This document shows, piece by piece, positions 34,515-41,263 of a DNA stretch of 55,528 nucleotides (within the stretch, counting starts at the first letter, position 1; each line of letters starts with the position of its first letter). Made by a program: the position numbers and the translations under genes. The DNA lies in NCBI GenBank assembly GCA_035312605.1, contig DATGBR010000168.1:1-55528 (forward strand), in the 5' to 3' direction. The DNA is from Candidatus Methylomirabilota bacterium. Its GTDB lineage: Bacteria; Methylomirabilota; Methylomirabilia; Rokubacteriales; CSP1-6. The notes under the pieces were generated by a model, which did no database searches, had not been told where the DNA came from, and saw nothing but the letters and a program-made list of their open reading frames with translations.

Positions 34515-35297
34515 TCAGCGGGCCACGGGCCGCGGTTGCAGCCGATCGACGACCGCGGCCAGGACCCCTGCGGCGCTCCCGCGCACCAGCAGGTCGGCCT
34601 GGGCGTCGTGCGGGGTCTCGGTCAGGTTCACGATCGCGAGGGTGGCGCCCGCATCCTTAGCGTGCAGCGGCATGTAGGCGGCCGGGTAGACGACGAGGGA
34701 CGAGCCCACCACCACGAACAGATCGCTGGCCCGGGCCCGGCGCTCCGCCTCCTCCAGCTCCACCCGCGGCATCGCCTCGCCGAACATGACCGTGCGCGGC
34801 TTGATGATGCCCCCGCAGGGCGGGTCGCACATCGGAATCGCCACACCGGCGTCGAGCCACTCCTGGACCCGCTCCCGCTCGTACGCCGTCTCGCAGGTGA
34901 GGCAGCGCGCGCGGGTGGCGTTGCCGTGCAGCTCGATGACCCGATCGGCCGGAAGTCCCGCCCGCTGGTGGAGGTTGTCGATGTTCTGGGTGATGACGCA
35001 GTCGAGCTTGCCGAGCCGCCACAGGGTCACCAGGGCGTGGTGCCCAGGATTCGGCTCGGCCCGCCGGATCACCGGGAAGGTGGTGCGGCCAAGCTCCCAG
35101 TAGCGGCGGCGGCCGGCCTCGCTGCCCATGAAGTTCTGGAAGGTGAACTCGTTGGGATCGAAGCGGTCCCAGACCCCACCCGGGCTGCGGAAGTCGGGGA
35201 TGCCCGACTCGGTGCTGACGCCGGCGCCGGTGAACGCGACGATGCGGCCCGCTCTCGAGACGAGATCGGCCAGCCGCTCGACCTCGGATGGCATCAC
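34515..35297 (-). CDS. cobB: NAD-dependent protein deacylase (SIR2/CobB sirtuin)
   Basis: GAGVSTESGIPDFRS, QNIDNLH, HG and the zinc ribbon CLTC...CDPPCGG. The GTG start overlaps the upstream stop (GTGA). Confidence 0.9.
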   Translation of the reverse strand: MMPSEVERLADLVSRAGRIVAFTGAGVSTESGIPDFRSPGGVWDRFDPNEFTFQNFMGSEAGRRRYWELGRTTFPVIRRAEPNPGHHALVTLWRLGKLDCVITQNIDNLHQRAGLPADRVIELHGNATRARCLTCETAYERERVQEWLDAGVAIPMCDPPCGGIIKPRTVMFGEAMPRVELEEAERRARASDLFVVVGSSLVVYPAAYMPLHAKDAGATLAIVNLTETPHDAQADLLVRGSAAGVLAAVVDRLQPRPVAR

Positions 35298-35653
35298 GAG
35301 CGGCGCTTCTTCTTCGCTTTCGGGGGTTTCCTGGCCGGCCGCTTCTTGGCCGCTTTAGACTTGGCCTTGGGTCGGGCCGTGGCCGGACGGGCCTTCGGTC
35401 GGCCGGCCAGGTGCGCCTCGTTCCGGGCCCCGACACCGCCCCGCATCCGGGGTCCGCCCGCGATCGCCTTGATCCACGCGGCGAGATCGGCGGCCAGCTC
35501 GGGGTAGGCGTGGTCGCGGTAGGTCTCGAGCGCCCGGAGGGCGGCCGGGTCCTTCCACGGCTTCAGCACGAACGGCGCCTCCGGATCCTGCGTGTCGAAG
35601 GGCGCTTCGGTGGCCATGGTCATCACGATGTAGCGCCGGGTCAGCTCTGGCAT
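35294..35653 (-). CDS. hypothetical protein with a Lys/Arg-rich C-terminal tail
   Basis: 119-aa ORF with GC3-rich codons. It has an acidic/aromatic N-terminal ~65 aa and the tail RPKARPATARPKAKSKAAKKRPARKPPKAKKKRRS. Translationally coupled to the sirtuin gene. The start could instead be an internal Met. Confidence 0.55.
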   Translation of the reverse strand: MPELTRRYIVMTMATEAPFDTQDPEAPFVLKPWKDPAALRALETYRDHAYPELAADLAAWIKAIAGGPRMRGGVGARNEAHLAGRPKARPATARPKAKSKAAKKRPARKPPKAKKKRRS

Positions 35654-35875
35654 CTCGATCGCCTCGCGTCGCTCAAGGGGGGCCGCGGTGCGCCCGCCCG
35701 TCGCGCGCTCAGGGCTGGGAGAGAATCGCGACCTCGGAAACCGATCCGGGGCCGCCCAGGTTGCGCGTCAGTCCGATATCGCGGATCATCGCCAGCTTCT
35801 CCTTCGTGCCCATCGCCCGCTCGAGCCGTCCAAGCGTACTCTGGGGTCGGCCGGACCTGCAAGCCTCCCGCCCGG

Positions 35876-37156
35876 TCAGCCGAGCCCGAGCAGCCGCGGG
35901 ACCACCAGGGTGACCCACGGCACCAGGATCACGATCAGGAGTCCCACGCACATCATGTAGACGTAGGGCATCATCGCGCGGGTCGCGCGGTCGCCCGGGA
36001 TGTTGGCGATCCCGCAGGCGATGAAGAAGCCGACGCCGATCGGAGGCAGAAACAGCCCGATGCCGGTGGCCGCGACCACCACCGTGCTGTAGTGGATCAC
36101 GTCGATGCCGAGCCGGCTCACCACCGGCATGAAGGTCGGCAGCAGGATCACCACCGCGGGCAGCCCCTCCAGCACCGCGCCGAGCACGATGAAGAGCAGC
36201 GCGGTCAGGGCGAGGAACACGAGGTTGCCGCCGGGCACCGCGAGCATCGCCTTCAGCAGGAGCTGCGGGATCTGCTGCACCGCCAACACCCACGCCACCA
36301 CCGCGGCGGTGCCGAGGAGGAAGCACACCGCGGCGGTCACCACCGCGCTGTGGACCAGGATCCGGGGCAGGTCGGCCCAGGCGATCTCGCGATACACGAA
36401 GACCCCGACGATGAACGCGTAGATCACCGCGAGCACCGCGGCCTCGGTCGGGGTCACCACCCCGCCCAGGATGCCGCCGAAGATGATGGCGGGCAGGCCG
36501 AGCGGGATCACCGCGTCGGCGAAAGCTCGCCCGATGTCGCCCCAGGAGGCCCGCGCCCGCGCCTCGATGCCGCTCCGGCCCGCGTCGTACCAGATATAGG
36601 CCATGATCGCAAGGGCCAGGACCACCGCGGGCAGGAAGCCGGCCGCGAACAGGGCGGCCACCGAGACGTTGGCCACCGAGCCGATCACGATCATGAGGAT
36701 GCAGGGCGGGACGAGGATGCCCATCGCGGAGGCGGCCGAGACCACCGCCACCGCCTGCTCGGGCCGGTAGCCCGCCCGCAGCATCGGCGGGATCATGGTG
36801 GAGCCGATGGCGGACACGTCGGCCACCGTGGAGCCGGAGATGCCGGAGAAGATGTACTCCGCGACCACCACCGCCATCGAGAGACCGCCCCGGATCCACC
36901 CCACCAGCACCTGGGCGAGCCGGACCAGCCGCACCGCGATGCCGCCGGTCTCCATGAAGGCGCCGGCCAGGATGAAGAGCGGGATCGCGAGCAGCACGAA
37001 CGAGTCCACGCCCTCGAAGATCTGCTTCACGATCACGGTGAGCGGGTACTCCCCGCTCCACCAGAGGCCGATGAAGCCGGCCACCCCGATGACGAAGGCC
37101 ACCGGGATCCCCAGCAGGAGAAGGACCGCGAAGGAGACCGCGATGATCGGGATCAT
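35876..37156 (-). CDS. dctM: TRAP transporter large permease subunit
   Basis: Real part of track ORF 35876..38617, from ATG 37156 (ATGA overlap with dctQ). 426 aa and polytopic (MIPIIAVSFAVLLLLGIPVAFVIG...). Confidence 0.9.
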   Translation of the reverse strand: MIPIIAVSFAVLLLLGIPVAFVIGVAGFIGLWWSGEYPLTVIVKQIFEGVDSFVLLAIPLFILAGAFMETGGIAVRLVRLAQVLVGWIRGGLSMAVVVAEYIFSGISGSTVADVSAIGSTMIPPMLRAGYRPEQAVAVVSAASAMGILVPPCILMIVIGSVANVSVAALFAAGFLPAVVLALAIMAYIWYDAGRSGIEARARASWGDIGRAFADAVIPLGLPAIIFGGILGGVVTPTEAAVLAVIYAFIVGVFVYREIAWADLPRILVHSAVVTAAVCFLLGTAAVVAWVLAVQQIPQLLLKAMLAVPGGNLVFLALTALLFIVLGAVLEGLPAVVILLPTFMPVVSRLGIDVIHYSTVVVAATGIGLFLPPIGVGFFIACGIANIPGDRATRAMMPYVYMMCVGLLIVILVPWVTLVVPRLLGLG

Positions 37157-37629
37157 GCCGCGGCCGCTCCCGGCACCCCGCGGAGGGCGCGCCAGAGGTG
37201 CGGCAGGCTGTAGAGGACGATCAGGGCGCCGCCCGCCGGCACCGACAGGTAGACGTACTGCTTGGAGAGGCCCATCACCGGCGTGCGCTGGAACTGGCCC
37301 AGCTCCACGAGCTTCCAGCCCTGCTGGATCAGGAGCAGGCCGAAGCCCATCACGACCAGCACTCCGACCACGTGGGCCACGCGGCGGAGCCCGGGCGGAA
37401 AGCGGTCGACCAGGAGGTGCAGGCGGAAGTGGGCGCTGCGCCGCACCCCCACCGCCGCGCCCAGGAACACGATCCACACGAAGAGGAGGCGGGCGATCTC
37501 GTCGTACCAGGTGAACGTGCGGGCCATCACGTAGCGGGAGAAGACCCCGAGAAACACGTCCGCGCACAGCACCACCATCATCACCAGCAGCAGGCCCTCG
37601 ACGACCTGGGACAGCGCCCGGGCCACCAC
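37153..37629 (-). CDS. dctQ: TRAP transporter small permease subunit
   Basis: 158 aa with four hydrophobic segments. Sits between dctP and dctM with 3-nt and overlapping junctions. Confidence 0.85.
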   Translation of the reverse strand: MVARALSQVVEGLLLVMMVVLCADVFLGVFSRYVMARTFTWYDEIARLLFVWIVFLGAAVGVRRSAHFRLHLLVDRFPPGLRRVAHVVGVLVVMGFGLLLIQQGWKLVELGQFQRTPVMGLSKQYVYLSVPAGGALIVLYSLPHLWRALRGVPGAAAA

Positions 37630-37632
37630 GGA

Positions 37633-38649
37633 CTACTTCGACGCCGCCTGGACCGCCGCCCGGAGCCGGGTCATGAACTCCTTGCCCACCTGGCCTTCGA
37701 CGTAGTCGTAGGCCGGCTTCATGAGGGCCTGGAACGCCCGGATGTCCTTCACGTCGTTGATCTGCACTCCCGCCTTCTTCATGACGTCGAAGTCGTTCTT
37801 CTCCTTCTCGACCTCGAGCCGGCGGTGAAGCTGACAGGCGTCCTTCATCGAGTCGTCCACCACCTTCTGGACGTCGCCGGGAAGAGCCTGGTACTTCTTG
37901 AGGTTCATGAACCAGGCGATCGGCGGATACGAATGCCGGGTCAGCGAGTAGTACTTGGTCACTTCCTGAAACTTGTCCGAGGTGAACGTGAACGACGGCA
38001 GCTCCATCCCGTCGATCGTCCCCTGCTTCATCGCGAGGTACACCTCGACGTAGGCCATCGGCACCGGGTTCGCGCCCATCGCCTTCATCATGGCCACGTA
38101 GGTCGGCGACTCCTGGACGCGGATGGTCTGCCCCTTCATGTCGTCGGGAGTGACCACCGGGCGCTTGTTGGACATCATGTTGCGAAAGCCCCACCCGCCG
38201 CCGAAGCAGAAGGCCTTCAGGTTCTTGCTCTCCATCTTCTTGAGCAGCTCCTGCCCGAGCGGGCCGTCCATGACCTTCCACACCTGCTCCCGCGTCGACC
38301 AGAGGAAGGGAAGGTCGAGGGCCTGGTAGAGCGGCTCGAACATGCCGCCCACCGGCGCGCTGCCGATCGCGACCACGTCGATGGTGCCGAGCTGCACGCC
38401 CTCGAGATGCGCGCCCTCCCCCTTGGCCAGCGCGTTGGCGATGTGGACGTCGACCTTGATCCGGCCCCGGCTCTTTTCCGCGAGCTGCTTGGCGAAGTGT
38501 TCCATCGTGTCGTTCAGCGGGTTGCCGCCCGCGGTCACCGTGCCCGCCTTCCACGCGTACTGCGGCGCGGTCTGGGCCGGCGCGACGGAGGCCGCGCCCA
38601 CGACCGCGATCGAGCACAGGATCAACACGAGAGCCAGGCGACGGGGCAT
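37633..38649 (-). CDS. dctP: TRAP transporter substrate-binding protein
   Basis: ATG 38649 with GAGGAG SD. Signal peptide followed by DctP-family sequence (GTIDVVAIGSAPVGG, LDLPFLW, GFRNMMSNKRPV). 338 aa. Confidence 0.9.
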   Translation of the reverse strand: MPRRLALVLILCSIAVVGAASVAPAQTAPQYAWKAGTVTAGGNPLNDTMEHFAKQLAEKSRGRIKVDVHIANALAKGEGAHLEGVQLGTIDVVAIGSAPVGGMFEPLYQALDLPFLWSTREQVWKVMDGPLGQELLKKMESKNLKAFCFGGGWGFRNMMSNKRPVVTPDDMKGQTIRVQESPTYVAMMKAMGANPVPMAYVEVYLAMKQGTIDGMELPSFTFTSDKFQEVTKYYSLTRHSYPPIAWFMNLKKYQALPGDVQKVVDDSMKDACQLHRRLEVEKEKNDFDVMKKAGVQINDVKDIRAFQALMKPAYDYVEGQVGKEFMTRLRAAVQAASK

Positions 38650-38839
38650 GGTCAGTTCTCCTCGGAATCGAGTGCGAGCGGAACGGGGCCGGGTCGCGTC
38701 ATCGGGAGCCGCCCCTGTGTAGCACGCGGGCTCCCGGAGGGTCAAGGCGGGGAGCCCCTGGACTTCGGCCCCGGGCCGGGGCAGGCTGGGGTCGCGGCCG
38801 CCGCCGCGGCCCACACTCGCCCCACCACGGAGGAGCACG

Positions 38840-39379
38840 ATGACGGAGCCGACTCTCGATGGGCTGCACGGACGCCTGGAGCGCCTCGAGCGCGAGGTCA
38901 CGTGGTGGCGTCGCGCGGGCATCGCGGCGCTGGCCTGCGTGGGACTGCTCGGCGCGGTGGCGGCCACCGTCAGCACGAACCCGGACGAGGTGAAGACGCG
39001 CCGGCTGGTGATCACGGACGGCGACGGCCGCGCGCGCGCCCTCTTCACGGTTGACGACAGCGACCGCACGCGCCTGTCGCTCACCGATCGCGACAACGGC
39101 ACCACCGCCGATCTCACCGTGGTTCCGGGGCAGTCCGCCGCGCTCTCCCTCGCCCGCGCGGGGGCGCAGGCGCAGCTCGCCACCACCGGCGACAACGGCC
39201 AGCTCTCGGTCAGCACCCGCGGCCAGCGAGGATGGCTGGTCGCGGCCCCGAGCGGGTCGAGCCTCGGGCTCGGCAACGAATCGGGCAAGCCGCAGATCTC
39301 GCTCGCCACCAGCCCCACGCTCGCCCCCAGCCTGCTGCTCTCGGATCGCGACGGCAACGCGGTGTGGAAGGCTCCGTAG
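38840..39379 (+). CDS. hypothetical membrane-anchored protein with L-x-[IL]-[TS]-D-x-D-[GN] repeats
   Basis: GGAGGA SD. N-terminal LHGRLERLEREVTWWRR, then a TM helix (AGIAALACVGLLGAVAATV). Three repeat units follow: RRLVITDGDGRA, TRLSLTDRDNGT and SLLLSDRDGNAV. Confidence 0.6.
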   Translation: MTEPTLDGLHGRLERLEREVTWWRRAGIAALACVGLLGAVAATVSTNPDEVKTRRLVITDGDGRARALFTVDDSDRTRLSLTDRDNGTTADLTVVPGQSAALSLARAGAQAQLATTGDNGQLSVSTRGQRGWLVAAPSGSSLGLGNESGKPQISLATSPTLAPSLLLSDRDGNAVWKAP

Positions 39380-39465
39380 ACGAAAATCGTCGCTTTTCTC
39401 GACAATTTGTAAGCGCGGGGGCGCAGGCGGCCCCGTCTTATCAGCCGGTTAGATCCCCTGCCCCG

Positions 39466-39480
39466 TGGCACTTCTCTTGC
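39466..39480 (+). promoter_or_regulatory. sigma-54 (-24/-12) promoter upstream of the GGDEF-EAL / hybrid kinase operon
   Basis: TGGCAC-TTCTC-TTGC(T), a perfect core 29 nt upstream of ATG 39509, with a GGAG SD in between. Confidence 0.75.
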
Positions 39481-39508
39481 TCGATCGGTCACCCCTTGGA
39501 GCCTCTTC

Positions 39509-41263
39509 ATGCCCCAGGGACCGATCAATCGTGAGGTGGCGTTCGCCGGCCAGCAGGTCCGGCGCAAGGTCATCTTCGCCCTCACCCTCTGCTCGGTCCT
39601 CCCGCTGCTGCTCCTCACTTATGCCTTCAGCACGCCGGTCCGTGAGCTGCTGGGCCCGCTCGCCGGCCTGGCCGACGCGATCAGCATCCCGGCGCTCCTG
39701 GTCTTCACCGCGATCCTGATGGCGGGCGGCGCCTTCGTGGTGTGGGACATCGCGACCGCGCTGTCGCGCGCGGCGCACATCAGCAACGAGGAGAACCCGG
39801 CGCTGCCCGTCGAGCCCGGCCGCAAGGACGAGATCGGTACCCTCATGAGCTCCTTCGCGCGCATGCTCGCGACCATCGAGCAGCAGTCGCACGAGATCAA
39901 CGAGTTTCCCCGGCGGCTCGACCAGCTCATCCGCGAGGCCTTCCGCGACTCCCTGACCAGCCTGCCGAACCGGGCGCTCTTCATGGACCGTCTCGCCCAC
40001 GCCCTCACGCGCGCCGAGCGAGCGGGCACGAACCTGGCCGTGCTCTTCCTCGACCTGGACCGCTTCAAGATCCTGAACGAGACCCTCGGGCACGAGGTCG
40101 GCGACCGCCTGCTGGTGGAGGTCGGGCATCGCGTCGCCGCGTGCCTGCGGCCCGAGGACACGGTGGCCCGCCTGGGCGGCGACGAGTTCGGCCTGCTGCT
40201 CGAGGACACCGCCGACCTGGCTGGCGCCACCGCGGTGGCGGAGCGGGTCTCCACCGAGATCCAGCGTCCCTTCGTGGTCGAGGGTCGCGACGTGCTGATC
40301 TCGGCCAGCATCGGGATCGCCCTGACCGCGGGCGGCTCCATGCAGCCCGACGAGGTGCTCCACAACGCGGATCTCGCGATGTACCAGGCCAAGGCCGAGG
40401 GGCGCGGGCGCTACGAGCTCTACCAGCCGGGACTCAGCGTCTCCACCCGCGAGAGGCTCGACCTGCAATCGGACCTCCGCACCGCGGGCGCCCGCCAGGA
40501 GCTGACCCTGCGCTATCAGCCGGTGGTGACCCTCGCGACCCTCCGGCCGGTCGAGGTCGAGGCCCTCATCCGGTGGGATCACCGGCGTCGCGGCGCCCTC
40601 CTGCCCGCCGATTTCATCGCGCTCTCCGAGGAGACCGGCTTGATGGTGCCGATGGGCCAGTGGGTCCTGCGCGAGGCCTGCCGTCAGACCCGGGCCTGGC
40701 AGGGGGACGGCTCGGCGACGCCCCCGCTGGTGGTGGGCGTCAACCTCTCGGCGAGCCAGTTCGAGCGCGACGCGCTGCCCGAGGAGATCGCCACCATCCT
40801 GCGCGAGACCGGCCTGCAGCCGAGCCGGCTCCAGCTGGAGGTCAGCGAGGCGGTCCTGATGCGCGACGACCCGCGCATGCTCCACCGCCTGGAGGCCCTC
40901 AAGGGCATCGGGGTGCGGCTCGCCATCGATGACTTCGGCACCGGCTACGCCTCCCTCTCCTACCTCAAGCGCCTGCCGGTGGACGGCCTGAAGATCGACC
41001 GCTCGCTCGTCAAGGGCGTGGGCAGCGACACCGAGGACACCGCCATCGTCCGCGCGGTGGTGGCCCTCGCCCGCAGCCTCGGCATCGTGGTGACCGCGGA
41101 GGGCGTGGAGACCGCCGAGCAGCTCTTCCAGCTGCGCGCCCTCGGCTGCGAGCAGGGCCAGGGATACTACTTCGCTCGGCCGGTCTCCGCCGACCGCTTG
41201 CCCGAGCTGCTGTCGAGCCTCGACGCCGACGACCGGCACGGGAGTCCCTCATGTCTTGGGTAG
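39509..41263 (+). CDS. membrane GGDEF-EAL protein (diguanylate cyclase/phosphodiesterase)
   Basis: Two TM segments plus a HAMP-like linker. GGDEF domain with an intact RLGGDEFGLLL. EAL domain with EVEALIRW, DDFGTGYASLSYL and EGVET. Confidence 0.9.
   Translation: MPQGPINREVAFAGQQVRRKVIFALTLCSVLPLLLLTYAFSTPVRELLGPLAGLADAISIPALLVFTAILMAGGAFVVWDIATALSRAAHISNEENPALPVEPGRKDEIGTLMSSFARMLATIEQQSHEINEFPRRLDQLIREAFRDSLTSLPNRALFMDRLAHALTRAERAGTNLAVLFLDLDRFKILNETLGHEVGDRLLVEVGHRVAACLRPEDTVARLGGDEFGLLLEDTADLAGATAVAERVSTEIQRPFVVEGRDVLISASIGIALTAGGSMQPDEVLHNADLAMYQAKAEGRGRYELYQPGLSVSTRERLDLQSDLRTAGARQELTLRYQPVVTLATLRPVEVEALIRWDHRRRGALLPADFIALSEETGLMVPMGQWVLREACRQTRAWQGDGSATPPLVVGVNLSASQFERDALPEEIATILRETGLQPSRLQLEVSEAVLMRDDPRMLHRLEALKGIGVRLAIDDFGTGYASLSYLKRLPVDGLKIDRSLVKGVGSDTEDTAIVRAVVALARSLGIVVTAEGVETAEQLFQLRALGCEQGQGYYFARPVSADRLPELLSSLDADDRHGSPSCLG

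Noticed and set aside
34515-35297. SIR2-domain protein as part of an anti-phage system (Thoeris, DSR or SIR2-HerA type).
   Set aside because: The sequence is a canonical short sirtuin with NAD-binding motifs and a zinc ribbon. No partner defence genes are present. The neighbours are CoA and acyl metabolism genes.
39380-39465. A shared 10-mer, GCGGGGGCGC, upstream of both sigma-54 promoters (also at 29408-29417), as a common enhancer site.
   Set aside because: In DNA this GC-rich, a shared G/C-only 10-mer between two ~150-nt regions is roughly what chance predicts by my estimate. The flanking CTATGG/CCATAG arms of the first site are absent at the second.
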